This document shows positions 25,149-36,026 of a stretch of 64,000 bases of DNA, one piece after another. Numbering within the stretch: position 1 is the first letter of the stretch; each line of letters opens with the position of its first letter. Origin of the DNA: an uncultured virus (IMG/VR IMGVR_UViG_2540341129_000004) (lineage: Duplodnaviria; Heunggongvirae; Uroviricota; Caudoviricetes); IMG/VR virus record IMGVR_UViG_2540341129_000004, one strand, 5' to 3'. A model generated the notes under the pieces. The model saw only the letters and a list, made by a program, of their open reading frames with translations. It had not been told where the DNA came from and searched no databases. Made by a program: the position numbers and the translations under genes.

Positions 25149-26483
25149 CTACCATAAAGGAATTCCTATATTAAATGAAACTCTGGAAACACTGTTAATG
25201 TCATTAGCGTACAATCCATCAAAACGTAAATCTCCATCTGTTGTGAAGGCAAATCTCGCTGTTCCATATGATCCAATTGTGGGTACTACAAAATCCACCA
25301 GCTGTGTTGGCTTGGTTGAGAATTTAGCAACTGCAGTTCCAATTGCCGGCAATGTTCCGAAAGATCCTCTTAGCCATAACACATTGTTTACACTTGAGAA
25401 TTTGAAAGGGTAAGTGGAGTATTGTGTAGCTCCATTGATAAGTGTGACTGGGTTCCAAGAACCTGATGTGCCACTCCATCTGGCTTTGTCATCTAAAGTA
25501 ACGTGAATATCAGTTTTCGCTTCGTGGGCATCAGTATAGGCTTTCGCTGAGTTGAGTGCGGTAGTAGCTCTTACTTGTGCTCCGTCAGTCGTTTCATGTG
25601 TTTGCCAGGAAGTCCATGTTGAATCACTTTTTCTAAAACGGAAATAAGTATGTGTTCCGTAATACGCTTCTAATGCAAATTGTGCAATTGTAGTTCCATA
25701 GTTCATGACAACTAAATAGACATTGGATAAGTTGGCAGGGGAGTGAAGCCCTTGGTTGGCGATTAAATAAAACCCAGTGTTAATCAAATCGTTGTACTCT
25801 GTTTTTTCAGAGCTATCTTTGAAGATTACTTTTCCATCATCTGCAGTGAGTTTGAAAAGTTGAGCAGCGTCCCATCTATCCCGATCAGATTTGTTGATAT
25901 GGACATTAGTGTCATTCAGATGATTATCAAAGTCACTTTTAGTAGCTTGTTTTACATTGTCTACATTCCCAAGTCCAACCTGTTCAGCAGTAACCTTGTG
26001 TGGGTTTGATTGATCGTTAGTATGTTCAGCTAAAAAAGACTTTGACCTTTCATCGGAGCTGTTCCAATAACTGCGCTCATCCTTTGTGATATGTCGATCC
26101 AGGTCTGCATCATGAGCGTCAAAATCCACCTTCGATGCCTGTTGAATATTATCAACCTTAGACAGACCAACTTGGCTTTTAGTAACTGCATGAGGGTTTT
26201 TCTTGTCGTCAAGATGTCCATCAAAATCCACCTTTGTGGCTTGCTCTTCATTAAGTACATTTGATAATCCGACTTGCTCTTTAGTTACATGGTGAGGGTT
26301 TTCAATGTTCTGAGTATGCGACTTTAATTCTGAATTTTGCTTTTCCATGAACTCATCGACCTTATCGGATAAACGTTTTTCATGATCAGACATGTGAGAT
26401 TCAGTTCTGAAAAATTGATCTTTAAGATTATTGATTTGTATATTGTTTTGTTTGAGCTGACCTACAAATTTACTGCTGCTCAT
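25149..26483 (-). CDS. Tail fibre / receptor-binding-like protein with NPHxVTxxQVGL repeats (YomR position)
   Basis: Three NPH(H/A/K)VT.(E/S)QVGL repeats; C-terminal beta-rich head domain. Confidence 0.72.
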   Translation of the reverse strand: MSSSKFVGQLKQNNIQINNLKDQFFRTESHMSDHEKRLSDKVDEFMEKQNSELKSHTQNIENPHHVTKEQVGLSNVLNEEQATKVDFDGHLDDKKNPHAVTKSQVGLSKVDNIQQASKVDFDAHDADLDRHITKDERSYWNSSDERSKSFLAEHTNDQSNPHKVTAEQVGLGNVDNVKQATKSDFDNHLNDTNVHINKSDRDRWDAAQLFKLTADDGKVIFKDSSEKTEYNDLINTGFYLIANQGLHSPANLSNVYLVVMNYGTTIAQFALEAYYGTHTYFRFRKSDSTWTSWQTHETTDGAQVRATTALNSAKAYTDAHEAKTDIHVTLDDKARWSGTSGSWNPVTLINGATQYSTYPFKFSSVNNVLWLRGSFGTLPAIGTAVAKFSTKPTQLVDFVVPTIGSYGTARFAFTTDGDLRFDGLYANDINSVSRVSFNIGIPLW

Positions 26484-26842
26484 TAACTCACCGCAATTCC
26501 TTTAACCGTAACATCTCCATTTACGGAAATGACCTCAACCATGAATTTGAAAAGCCCCGCAATATCGAAATCCCAGTTTTCATTTGTATTCAATGTACCC
26601 GTACCTAATTGAAAATCAGTTTTGTTTGTTCCAGCAATTTCTGTCTTTTCGCCATTTTCATCTACGGCAAAGAATTTTATTTCTCTTGAAGTTGAGGAAC
26701 CAGAGATCTTAACAGTAATATCCCGATAATGTGATACTACAAATTCTTCACCTTCAGACGGGTCAGTTGTTGCTTCGTGGAATATAAAGGTTGCTTTATC
26801 TGGAATGGTTTTTAAAATAGTTTCATCGGTTTCTGTCAACAA
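26483..26842 (-). CDS. Phage structural protein (YomS position)
   Basis: AGGAGG RBS before TTG; operon position. Confidence 0.65.
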   Translation of the reverse strand: MLTETDETILKTIPDKATFIFHEATTDPSEGEEFVVSHYRDITVKISGSSTSREIKFFAVDENGEKTEIAGTNKTDFQLGTGTLNTNENWDFDIAGLFKFMVEVISVNGDVTVKGIAVS

Positions 26843-26910
26843 CTCCACCTCCTAAATCTGTTTAAAAACTGACTTTTATTTAAAAAGGAGAGGGGAAGAA
26901 TCCCCTCAAA

Positions 26911-27378
26911 TTATTTAGCTTCAAACACTCTTACATCTCTGTCAGTACCGTCATTAATCACATAGACATAAAGTGTTTTACCAGCAGCGACAGGAACTGA
27001 AAAAGGTTTGTCACCAGCTGTCAATGGGATACCTGTATCAGCAGTTACTGTAGAGTTTCCAATGTAAATCGTGCCTTCTGCGGGAGGATAAATAGTAAGT
27101 GCTGTTCTGTCAGTGATACCTGCGGTAACTTTTTGAGCTGTTGAAGTAACAGTGAATTTATCCGTTTTAAAAGAGGAGAAACCAGGATCTCTTTCATTCA
27201 AGGTCACGGAAGGGGATTGTACTTGGATGCCTTTGATAGCATCTAAACCAGCTTGAGGGAAGTCAACTTGTAGAGGCTTTTCTTGTGATTTGAGATGAAT
27301 GTCAGTTACTAAGCCACCGTTTCCATCATCTCTAGCTGAAGATTTTACACCATCGAAATCATTAAGTTTTGCTGCCAT
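26911..27378 (-). CDS. Phage structural protein (beta-rich)
   Basis: AGGAG RBS; followed by terminator GAGGGGA..TCCCCTC at 26883-26908. Confidence 0.65.
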   Translation of the reverse strand: MAAKLNDFDGVKSSARDDGNGGLVTDIHLKSQEKPLQVDFPQAGLDAIKGIQVQSPSVTLNERDPGFSSFKTDKFTVTSTAQKVTAGITDRTALTIYPPAEGTIYIGNSTVTADTGIPLTAGDKPFSVPVAAGKTLYVYVINDGTDRDVRVFEAK

Positions 27379-27398
27379 TAAAAATCACTCCTGTAAAA

Positions 27399-28190
27399 TT
27401 AATTGCCAACGTCTACGGATTTAGTTTGAGTTTCTGTGTCAGGGCCAGGATCTGGAGCAGCTACATTATCATCTCTGCTCGCTTCAATAACAACGGCCAT
27501 CTCGTCTGTGTCAGTGTCGGCCAGTGCTTCAAATTTAATTTCTGGAGCTAATGCATTACCGTTTTCGAGGGACATTTCAAACTCACCTGAAGGGGATACG
27601 TTAGGGAATTGAATGTAGATGTCGCTATAGACCTCTTCGGTATCAGGGTTATACGCAATTGTACGATACTCAACCTCATATCGCTCAGAGAACTTGCTGG
27701 CTTTAATAGCCAAACGTCTACCGATTTTGTTAATCTGATATACGGCTGTTAATTTCTCTTTTGTACCAGCAAATCCAGTAGGGATTAAATACGTGCCGTC
27801 AGTAGATACAGGAGTCTTATAAGTTAATCCTTTTTTGTTGAAGAAGGTTACATCACTTACCGGTTTACCTTTAAGAGTAACCGCATTTTTGTCATCAACA
27901 ATTAGACCATGTTCACGGTCAAAAACCTGAACTTTTGCTTCTTCCTCAATTGTTTCACCTTGCGTCATCGCTAACCACTCTAAGTCGAAAAACGCATTCT
28001 TGACAGTAAGATTGATTTCTTTTTCAGACTTCAAGATATAAAGTGGTTTATTCCCGATACCGCCTCGAAGCTTGTCTTCGGAGATGGCTTGGGAGAATGA
28101 AGCTGTTTGTGCTTCTGCTGTGAATACAAGCTGACCATCAGATTTTCTTCTGAAATAAACATCAGCTGTATCTTGAATAACTGTTTTCAT
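27399..28190 (-). CDS. Probable major tail tube protein (YomU position)
   Basis: Strong AAGGAGG RBS; beta-rich tube-like sequence; position after head-tail genes. Confidence 0.65.
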   Translation of the reverse strand: MKTVIQDTADVYFRRKSDGQLVFTAEAQTASFSQAISEDKLRGGIGNKPLYILKSEKEINLTVKNAFFDLEWLAMTQGETIEEEAKVQVFDREHGLIVDDKNAVTLKGKPVSDVTFFNKKGLTYKTPVSTDGTYLIPTGFAGTKEKLTAVYQINKIGRRLAIKASKFSERYEVEYRTIAYNPDTEEVYSDIYIQFPNVSPSGEFEMSLENGNALAPEIKFEALADTDTDEMAVVIEASRDDNVAAPDPGPDTETQTKSVDVGN

Positions 28191-28228
28191 CTATAGATTT
28201 CCTCCTTAAAATAAAAAAGGAACAGCTA

Positions 28229-28954
28229 TTAGCTGCCCTTAGAAAAACCTTTGGTCTCATTCATAAATTTATCTCGGGTTATGTAATGTTTCTCTTCCTC
28301 AAATAAGTCAATGTGTTTATCCCAGTTCACAATGTTTTTACCTGCTTCTGGTGATACTGTAGCAAAGAGGGTAGAAGTATCATATTGCTTGAATTGAGCA
28401 ATCCGGTGATAAGTCATATAAAGTTGAAACAGGGTCATGTCATTAATGTCTTTATAAAGATAGCCTGTATAAGTCGACACTGTGCTAATGATATCTGCCA
28501 TATCAACTGGATCAACATCTTGACTCTTGACTCTTTTGCTTCGCTCATTAGCTTTTTGAATCTCAGGATTGGAACTTATTTTTTCTTCCTTCAAACAACA
28601 CATTTTTAATACAAGTTCTCTAATGGAATCGAAGTTGTCTGGAGTAAGCTTATCCAGTATTTCTTCTCCATTGAACATTTTAGAAAACACTGTGCTATAG
28701 GCTTCTTGAAAATTAGGAAGGGTACCCGAAATTTCATAAAGAGTCATTTTTTTTAATTCAGCAATAAGCTCATCAAGTTCCCCAAAACGATTAACATCTT
28801 CTTTGCTATAAACATAAATGATCTCTTTTTTGGACATTTTGATTAGCCTTAAATAATTGGCTAACTGACCGTACTCTTTAACTTTAATGAATCTGCATTC
28901 ACCAAGTTCTGTAGAGATAGGTTCTCCAGTAATGAAAAACTCCATATCAATCAT
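28229..28954 (-). CDS. Phage protein (YomV position)
   Basis: Coupled ORF in the late operon. Confidence 0.65.
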   Translation of the reverse strand: MIDMEFFITGEPISTELGECRFIKVKEYGQLANYLRLIKMSKKEIIYVYSKEDVNRFGELDELIAELKKMTLYEISGTLPNFQEAYSTVFSKMFNGEEILDKLTPDNFDSIRELVLKMCCLKEEKISSNPEIQKANERSKRVKSQDVDPVDMADIISTVSTYTGYLYKDINDMTLFQLYMTYHRIAQFKQYDTSTLFATVSPEAGKNIVNWDKHIDLFEEEKHYITRDKFMNETKGFSKGS

Positions 28955-29457
28955 TTCATAGCTCCGAAAGTGAATATTAATTTGTATCCCAAATACCCTT
29001 CAGGTGCGTTCGATATGAGCAGTCTTGTGTATTTAACATTTTTACCGATACCAGCAAAATTTTGATTGAAGAGCATGTCACAAATACGATCCGTAATTTT
29101 CAGGTTCCTGAATTCAGTCTCTTCATAGGTGTTAATGTGTGTATAAACATCAATCATCAAATCTTGATCTAGCAGCATCACACTTTGGGTTGAGGGTTTA
29201 GGGATTCCATTGCCAAGATAGACACAAAGCCTGCAAATTGGTTGATCGGTTAAATCATCAGTTTTGGGAGCACGTTTAATTATGGAGCTTAATATCGATG
29301 GGGAATCATCAACTGGATCATAATAATTTTCCAACGTCTGAACGTCAGGGAGAGAAGAGGAGAGAGGGTCATCTTTATAATATAAAAGACGATTCAATTC
29401 AGTATCATTCATAATGGTTCTGAATACAGTTGTCATATGTTCGACCATCATACTCAT
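28951..29457 (-). CDS. Tail terminator-like protein (YomW position)
   Basis: IDVYTH..ITDRI pattern; position. Confidence 0.6.
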   Translation of the reverse strand: MSMMVEHMTTVFRTIMNDTELNRLLYYKDDPLSSSLPDVQTLENYYDPVDDSPSILSSIIKRAPKTDDLTDQPICRLCVYLGNGIPKPSTQSVMLLDQDLMIDVYTHINTYEETEFRNLKITDRICDMLFNQNFAGIGKNVKYTRLLISNAPEGYLGYKLIFTFGAMK

Positions 29458-30119
29458 TCACTATCACCTCCAACTTTCTTTTTGGCTATAAGTCTAATTG
29501 TCCCGGTGTCTCCATAGACCTTGGAATAGTCTATATCATCAACACGGAATTCCTCGCCATAAAAAGAAAGAAAAAGACCCTTCCTTAATTTTTCATGTTT
29601 TAAAAAGGGGATGGTGACATGTGCTTGTCCTTCGGGAATGTTTATGGCCAATTCGGATCCAATTATTGAGGTTGTGCGCTCAAAGACACAAGGAACTTCA
29701 AGCTTTTCACCAGGAACTGTAATCATAATTGGTTTTCCTGTAATTTCATTAATCTTTCCAGATGGAATCTTACGATCAGATGATGTTAGTGAAATAGATG
29801 AGTTACATAATTTAGCCTTGGCTATGGGATAAAGTCTGTTTGTATCAAACTCTGTAATAAGAAAAGGGGAATCGTTTATCTCCGCAATAGCTCCCTTATG
29901 GGATTCATAATCAGGTCGAAACAGTAATGTTTTATCTTCGGAGGTTTTCCCCTGATTTATTATTACATCGGTTAATTCACCGTTGATCGGAATGCTCTCA
30001 GAGAAGAGTGAAGAATCAAAAGACTTATTTATTGTGTCTTTTGTGTTATTAATTATAACTTCATCAGGAGTAGAGCCGTATGCAAGTAACCTCTTTTTAT
30101 ATGTTTCAAAAGAGTTCAA
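29454..30119 (-). CDS. Head-tail joining-like protein (YomX position)
   Basis: Coupled ORF; position. Confidence 0.6.
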   Translation of the reverse strand: MNSFETYKKRLLAYGSTPDEVIINNTKDTINKSFDSSLFSESIPINGELTDVIINQGKTSEDKTLLFRPDYESHKGAIAEINDSPFLITEFDTNRLYPIAKAKLCNSSISLTSSDRKIPSGKINEITGKPIMITVPGEKLEVPCVFERTTSIIGSELAINIPEGQAHVTIPFLKHEKLRKGLFLSFYGEEFRVDDIDYSKVYGDTGTIRLIAKKKVGGDSE

Positions 30120-30436
30120 TGTTCCATTCTCCCCATTATTTTTTCAATGGTTGCAAGAACTTTAAACACTTCTTTTCTAACGACATGAAAACTGTAGTCA
30201 TGTGATGAAATATTCAATCGAATGGACTCTAGAGTTGCAAGTATCACAACATAATCAGAGCAATCATGTGCAGATTTAATAGTATCCTGAGCTCCATATA
30301 ATTCGAAGATTAGTGAACTGACATAATTATCAATACCATAATTACTTTCTTCTAGGAGGGGAATGATTTTAAAGATGCGTGACTTTAAAAAGTTGAAGTA
30401 TGCTAACTGAGTTTTTGAATCTGTTATCATCTTCAT
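30116..30436 (-). CDS. Phage protein
   Basis: Coupled ORF (ATGA overlaps). Confidence 0.6.
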   Translation of the reverse strand: MKMITDSKTQLAYFNFLKSRIFKIIPLLEESNYGIDNYVSSLIFELYGAQDTIKSAHDCSDYVVILATLESIRLNISSHDYSFHVVRKEVFKVLATIEKIMGRMEH

Positions 30437-30864
30437 GATCTAAAGCCTCTCATACTTATATTTGAGTATGTATATTGCACCATTAAATCTTCAGCTTCTT
30501 TTTTGATTAAATTACGTAGCTCTCTAATCTCCTTAATATGGTTCGCTTGCGAATACAATTTGAAGTCCTTAGAGCTCAGAGTTTGATGTAAAAGGTCAGC
30601 AGTAACTATTTTGGGAGTGAGATATTCTACAACCATAAAGCAGGCTAGAATTTCTTTTTCTTCATCAGATAGATCTTCATTGAATTGTTTGAGTTCTTGA
30701 TCCCTGTCAGTTAAGTCCTTTTTACACCTTCTAAATTTAATAGATGACGACCTTAATAAAGGCTCTAAGGTATCAGCCAAATCTTGGTCGGAAATGTTTA
30801 AAAATGAGTAATCAGTTAACTTAGGAAGGAAAAACCCGTAGATTTCTTCAAAAGGAGTAGGCAA
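30433..30864 (-). CDS. Head-tail adaptor-like protein (YomZ position)
   Basis: Helical ~140 aa protein two genes after the capsid gene. Confidence 0.6.
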   Translation of the reverse strand: MPTPFEEIYGFFLPKLTDYSFLNISDQDLADTLEPLLRSSSIKFRRCKKDLTDRDQELKQFNEDLSDEEKEILACFMVVEYLTPKIVTADLLHQTLSSKDFKLYSQANHIKEIRELRNLIKKEAEDLMVQYTYSNISMRGFRS

Positions 30865-30876
30865 ATATTACGCCTC

Positions 30877-31410
30877 CTAATCTACTAATGAAAGAATGTC
30901 CAAATGGAGCTCTTTTTCCAATAGCTTAAGAAGCTGAAGATTATTAAATTCTCCACTTTCAACACCTTTTCTAGCTTTGTCAGCAATCAATTCCTTCATT
31001 CCTCTAGGTAATTTAAGTAAGATATCTTTGGCATCTGTGACTGAAAGATTGAAGAATTCTTCAACTTCATCAATAGGAATAATGTGTTGATAAACCTTGG
31101 TTAAACCTAAGTAATGTACAACTTCCTCATCATCGATAAAAATCCAAGGCTCTGTTAGAAACTTAGGCTGAGACGATTTCATTGTTAACAATTCAGATAC
31201 CTCTATGTATTCTTCATCTCCATACGCACTCCATACAGTTTCTAGCCCAGTTTTTTTTGAGATGTATTTCAAACTTCCATTCGTAACATTGAAACATGAC
31301 ACCAACTGATTACGATTTATTTGTTTCTTTTTCTTAACTGTTTTCTTTTTTGGTGCTTCTTTTTCAGTAACCACTTCATTAGATTCAATTGCAGTTTCTT
31401 TTGTTGCCAT
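30877..31410 (-). CDS. Phage protein (YonA position)
   Basis: AAGGAGAG RBS; position. Confidence 0.62.
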   Translation of the reverse strand: MATKETAIESNEVVTEKEAPKKKTVKKKKQINRNQLVSCFNVTNGSLKYISKKTGLETVWSAYGDEEYIEVSELLTMKSSQPKFLTEPWIFIDDEEVVHYLGLTKVYQHIIPIDEVEEFFNLSVTDAKDILLKLPRGMKELIADKARKGVESGEFNNLQLLKLLEKELHLDILSLVD

Positions 31411-31433
31411 TTAAAACTCTCCTTTTTCATCAA

Positions 31434-31462
31434 AAATATATGAGGGCTATTTAGCCCTCATA
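31434..31462 (-). terminator. Terminator after the capsid gene
   Basis: TATGAGGGCTA..TAGCCCTCATA inverted repeat with U-tail. Confidence 0.7.
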
Positions 31463-32455
31463 TTATGCAAATTGATACATGCCGTACATTACGTTAAATA
31501 CTGTGTCCACTCCGTATTGAGTAATGAATTTGTACTCCATAGACATATCTTGGTTGGTTGTACCATCGGATACTTCTTTAATAAAAGGAGTTCCTTCTTT
31601 GACAACCTTAATAGGTTTGGCGTTGGCTGGTAGAACCATCAAACGATCATTTGCAATTTGGAATTCAAAAGTGTTTGGTTTGTGGCTTTGAGGGATAGGA
31701 AGGAGGGAGTATCCGTTCCAAACGGAGAGAACACCGTTTTTGTTAATTTGATCTTTCATATTTTCACTCATGAGAGTAGTAGCACCGGATAGTTTAGACA
31801 ATGCTGTGCGTGTTCCAGCAATAATGATTTGAGATCCTTGGTTTGCTGCTTGAACATGCTCTGCCTGCTCAATTAGTGTTGCGTCATTATAGGTGCCAGT
31901 CTGTTTGAACTCAGCAGGTAAGTATGCCATAGAAGCCATGAATTCAGTATAGATACGTGAATTCAACTCCTGAGTGAATGCTTCACTTACTTTTTTGATG
32001 AAAGCGTCCCAATCAATGCGACCGGCTAAGAACCGTTTGAAGTCAGTGTAAATTGCAATAGCATACGGCTCAGTTTGTACAGTAAAGGTATCCCCAATAT
32101 TCAATTTTTGCCGTCTGATGCTCCAATGGTTACCTGAATGGCGCGCTGCTACCAGCATTGTTCTATCTTCAACATAAAATTCATTGGTATCACCAAGAGC
32201 TAAATCACGGTAATCCACGAATTGTTCGAAGAAAGGGCTGGCAATCATACCATCGGTAATTGTTTGATCAAGTACCTCTTCAATAATTTCGAAGATATCA
32301 TTCTTATAGCGTCTAAATTGACTAAAGTTTGGTTTGTCAGTACCGATAATCTCTACAAATGCTTTACGGATAACATCATTTGCCTGATTATTTGAGTAAT
32401 CCGTAACTCTGTTTTTATATAAATCAATACCCAATTTCACAAGATCTTGTTTCAT
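31463..32455 (-). CDS. yonB: Major capsid protein
   Basis: 330 aa after portal/protease/decoration genes; strong RBS; followed by a terminator. Confidence 0.72.
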   Translation of the reverse strand: MKQDLVKLGIDLYKNRVTDYSNNQANDVIRKAFVEIIGTDKPNFSQFRRYKNDIFEIIEEVLDQTITDGMIASPFFEQFVDYRDLALGDTNEFYVEDRTMLVAARHSGNHWSIRRQKLNIGDTFTVQTEPYAIAIYTDFKRFLAGRIDWDAFIKKVSEAFTQELNSRIYTEFMASMAYLPAEFKQTGTYNDATLIEQAEHVQAANQGSQIIIAGTRTALSKLSGATTLMSENMKDQINKNGVLSVWNGYSLLPIPQSHKPNTFEFQIANDRLMVLPANAKPIKVVKEGTPFIKEVSDGTTNQDMSMEYKFITQYGVDTVFNVMYGMYQFA

Positions 32456-32479
32456 TAATTAACCTCCAAGTTATGATTA

Positions 32480-33022
32480 TTAGTTTTGTTCTACTCTGAT
32501 AACGACTAAATCAAGCATTCCGCCCACATAACCAGGTTTCCCGGTTACTGTTTGAGTGCCAATCTTTTCGATGGCTTCGATTCGCCCTACAAATCTTTGA
32601 TCGGCTACATCTGCCTCTGCAATCTCTTTATATTTGAAAGAATTAGCTTGTAAGGTGACCTTATTTCCAATTACAACTTGTTCACCAAGAGCATCAATTA
32701 GGTCTGGTGAAACAGAAAAGATGTCGCCTTCAACAAGGTCGTATACTCTAAAAATTTGACCGGCGTCAATTTTGAAATACTTTAAATTGTTTTGTGATCT
32801 GCGAGTCTGGTCATACATAATCTCATCTTGTGCTACAATAGCAGCTTTTTCTTTGGCTGGATCTGTAGCTCTTTTAAATAGGCGCAACTCTCGTTCACCT
32901 TCATACGGAACTCCAACCACACCAACATTACCATTTTCAACATTAAGTTTTGCTTTTACAGAATGAATATGGGCGCCGCCGTATACGGCAGCCAAATTAT
33001 CTAAACGAACAACTCCTGACAT
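32480..33022 (-). CDS. Head decoration-like protein (YonC position)
   Basis: Between protease/scaffold and capsid genes; GGAGGAGG RBS. Confidence 0.6.
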   Translation of the reverse strand: MSGVVRLDNLAAVYGGAHIHSVKAKLNVENGNVGVVGVPYEGERELRLFKRATDPAKEKAAIVAQDEIMYDQTRRSQNNLKYFKIDAGQIFRVYDLVEGDIFSVSPDLIDALGEQVVIGNKVTLQANSFKYKEIAEADVADQRFVGRIEAIEKIGTQTVTGKPGYVGGMLDLVVIRVEQN

Positions 33023-33046
33023 TTAAATGCCTCCTCCAAATGTTAT

Positions 33047-34528
33047 TTAGTTTGAAAACTTTTCGAACAACCCGCCATAAACCAGTTGTGTATCATCATT
33101 TTCTTTATTAAAAGGTATTTTCACAGTTGTATCTTTTTCTTTTTTCGAAGATGAAAAATTTGCTTTCTTTTTTCCTAAAAGAGTGAAGAGTTTCTCTTCA
33201 ATCTGTTGAATAGATAAACCTTCAGAAATCGCTTTAACTGAATTGATATCATCTTCAGATAGTTCAAGATTGAACTTTTCATAAAGCTCTTTTTCTTTTT
33301 CCTTACGTTGTGAAGAAAGAGTGTCAGCTTTAAATTGTTTGAGCGCCTCATTTTCTTCTTTAACCGACGCGTAAGTATGTTCAACCTCTTTTTCCTTTGC
33401 TTCAAGTTCATCTTTTAGTTTTTCAACAGGCACCACAGAAAATTTTGATTCATTGCCTTCGATAAAATCTACAATTTCAAACTTCTTTCGGTGTTTTGTT
33501 GAAAAATCAATTGTCACCTTGTCTTCTGAAATGGAGAATTTGAAGCCATACAGTAATCCGTCTTCTTTGTTATCAAATGCAAAAACTTCATCGTCTTTTT
33601 GATCTGCGTAGTAATAACGAATGCGCTCTTCAGATTCACCCCAACTATAAGTTTTCACAAACTTTTCTTCACTAAGGGCACGTTTTAATTCAGCTTCTAA
33701 CTGATTAGCTGACAAGGAAAAGCTACTGTCAACTTTGTATGCTGTTTTGAGTTTTTGATTTAACTCTTCATATGAAAGTGCTTCAAAATTGATTCCGTTT
33801 GCGTCTAACTCTTCTTTAGTAACAGAGAATTGTTTTAAAAGTTCTGTTTTATCCAAAGTCTTTATACCTCCTTTATCAGTGTTGAAGGATTTAAACAGTT
33901 CCATTTTTTCTTGAATACCTTTGAACATTTTGTCTTCTGAGAATTGAGTTTCGATAGTTGCAGACTGCATAGCAGGGAGGACATCAGTTCCTAATGCACA
34001 AGCACCAAAAAAGCTAAATTTAGTGAAATGGAACACTTCATCAATCCATTCCCCTTCAAAATCATCATGGAGTTCCATGGACTGTGACTTCACGCTGTTT
34101 CTGTTGAATATTTCGATTGGATCGTCCCATTTTTGCCATACAAGTCCTTCGCAAGTAAGGAATTCTCTTTCTATTCCGTCATCACAAACTCGTTTTTCAA
34201 ACTTTGCATTGTTCGACTCAGGAATGAGCCCGATAGCTTGTCCGATATACTTAACTTTAAAGTGACCAGCCTCTTTAATTAAAACCATGCGGTGGTCTGA
34301 AAAATCAATATCCCCATCAGAGTTCTCTTCTATGTAGGATAAAATAGGAGTATTAGCAAGAGAGGGGATAGCGGCTTGAACTGCTTCTTTATTAAAATAG
34401 CTTCCATTTAGGTTTTCCCCTAAATGCATCAGCCAAATTTTCACCTTTAAGAATCGAGTGTCTTCTGTTTCAAATGAATCCAAGCTCTGAAAGAGAAGAG
34501 GCACATAATTATCTACCATTTTGTCCAA
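33047..34528 (-). CDS. Prohead protease / scaffold fusion (YonD position)
   Basis: N-terminal H.GEN.N..QSMEL..F.GAC.LG..V.PAM protease-like domain; acidic coiled-coil C-terminus. TTG start 34528. Confidence 0.7.
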   Translation of the reverse strand: MDKMVDNYVPLLFQSLDSFETEDTRFLKVKIWLMHLGENLNGSYFNKEAVQAAIPSLANTPILSYIEENSDGDIDFSDHRMVLIKEAGHFKVKYIGQAIGLIPESNNAKFEKRVCDDGIEREFLTCEGLVWQKWDDPIEIFNRNSVKSQSMELHDDFEGEWIDEVFHFTKFSFFGACALGTDVLPAMQSATIETQFSEDKMFKGIQEKMELFKSFNTDKGGIKTLDKTELLKQFSVTKEELDANGINFEALSYEELNQKLKTAYKVDSSFSLSANQLEAELKRALSEEKFVKTYSWGESEERIRYYYADQKDDEVFAFDNKEDGLLYGFKFSISEDKVTIDFSTKHRKKFEIVDFIEGNESKFSVVPVEKLKDELEAKEKEVEHTYASVKEENEALKQFKADTLSSQRKEKEKELYEKFNLELSEDDINSVKAISEGLSIQQIEEKLFTLLGKKKANFSSSKKEKDTTVKIPFNKENDDTQLVYGGLFEKFSN

Positions 34529-34557
34529 ATTTTCACCTCCTTTCAAAAATCATTTGA

Positions 34558-36000
34558 TTACTCTCGATTAAGGTTTCCTTCATTTTCCCTCGTTTCAACA
34601 CCTTTATCGGAAAGAGCATCTTCTTTTTTCTTTGGGGCGCCAGCGGATTTAACGCTTTGTGTGTGAGAGCTGGACAAAGGTATTAAATTATCTGGCAAGT
34701 TCATAATTTCATTCTCAAGAAATGCCATGTTGTTTAAATTGCTCTGTGTAACCCCCAATGTAGAAGCTAATGCAGACTTAACAGGCATTCCATATTGAGC
34801 TGCTTGTAACAAACTGTCTCGTACAGTTTCTACATTCAATTTTGTAGTTTCTAATAGCTCAATTCTGAATTTATATTCACTATCCATTTTTTTGAGCTTC
34901 CTATTTAGCCATCGTTCCAATTGTTTTAACACTCTAAAAGCGACTTGTTCATCTGTGATTATCGATTTAGATAGGCCTGTTCCACTCATTCCATCACTGT
35001 TGAATAATATTTGACTGACTCCGGCCGCATTATAATAATCTCTTTCAGCTTTTGCGACAGCATCTGCATCATTGCTTTTTCTTTCAAGCTTAATTGCTTC
35101 AATTTGCATAGGAGAGGTTACTAGACCAACTTCTTCTGGCAGAGCATTCATTGCCATATTGTGAAAATCAATGGCTGTTTCCATGTTCAATAAAAGCTTG
35201 TCTGCTTCTCCAGATTTCTCATCCATGGGGATTTTTTGTGTTAGGATCATATAATTGTCCATCTTGTTTTTTACATTGCGAAGTCTTTTGGTTTCATCTA
35301 TATCAAGAACTGATTCAAAAACTGAAGAGAAGGGGGGAAGTAGATATTCAAGTTCCTCATTTACCTTGATACATATAGTGTTTTCGGAGCTCAGTTCTTG
35401 CCACCTTAAGCCTGTTTTGTCTTTGGTGTATTTCAGATACTTAACCCTAAATTCTTTAGGATAATCCTTTAAGATGTCCTTATTAGAATCAAAATAAGCA
35501 AAGTCAAAACTGTAGTTGAAAACTCCATCTTCAATGGAACTTATCCTACAATAATCTGGGTCAAGTTTTTGAATGAAATACGAATCAGATGTTGTATGCT
35601 CATATCCATAAAAGACGTCTTCTTTAAAGGCAATTAGCAATAGTTTTGTGAATTCGTGCTGAAGATTCATTGTTTCAATAAGTTTTAATATGCTGGAATA
35701 TTGATCTTTAAAGGGTTTTTCTTTGAATTTGTCTATATTTAAATCGAAAGGTTTGATTATGTAATCAAAGCGGAGCATAGTTGCAAAATATTGAATCAGG
35801 CGTTTATAGTTAGGCGAGGTGTTATATAAAAAACGGCTAACTCTTCTCAATTCTTTTTGGCTTTTTTGAGGGTTTTGAAGGTACATAATGATATTTTCTT
35901 TAGTGAATTTTGAGGAAATAGCTGATTTGTTATTATTTAAGCTCATGTCGTTGAGAAGTAGCTTGGACAGCTGCGCAAAACTTATTAATTGTTGATCCAT
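34558..36000 (-). CDS. yonE: Portal protein
   Basis: 480 aa directly downstream of the terminase gene. Confidence 0.75.
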   Translation of the reverse strand: MDQQLISFAQLSKLLLNDMSLNNNKSAISSKFTKENIIMYLQNPQKSQKELRRVSRFLYNTSPNYKRLIQYFATMLRFDYIIKPFDLNIDKFKEKPFKDQYSSILKLIETMNLQHEFTKLLLIAFKEDVFYGYEHTTSDSYFIQKLDPDYCRISSIEDGVFNYSFDFAYFDSNKDILKDYPKEFRVKYLKYTKDKTGLRWQELSSENTICIKVNEELEYLLPPFSSVFESVLDIDETKRLRNVKNKMDNYMILTQKIPMDEKSGEADKLLLNMETAIDFHNMAMNALPEEVGLVTSPMQIEAIKLERKSNDADAVAKAERDYYNAAGVSQILFNSDGMSGTGLSKSIITDEQVAFRVLKQLERWLNRKLKKMDSEYKFRIELLETTKLNVETVRDSLLQAAQYGMPVKSALASTLGVTQSNLNNMAFLENEIMNLPDNLIPLSSSHTQSVKSAGAPKKKEDALSDKGVETRENEGNLNRE

Positions 36001-36026
36001 TTGTTACAAATTTCAACTCCTTTCTT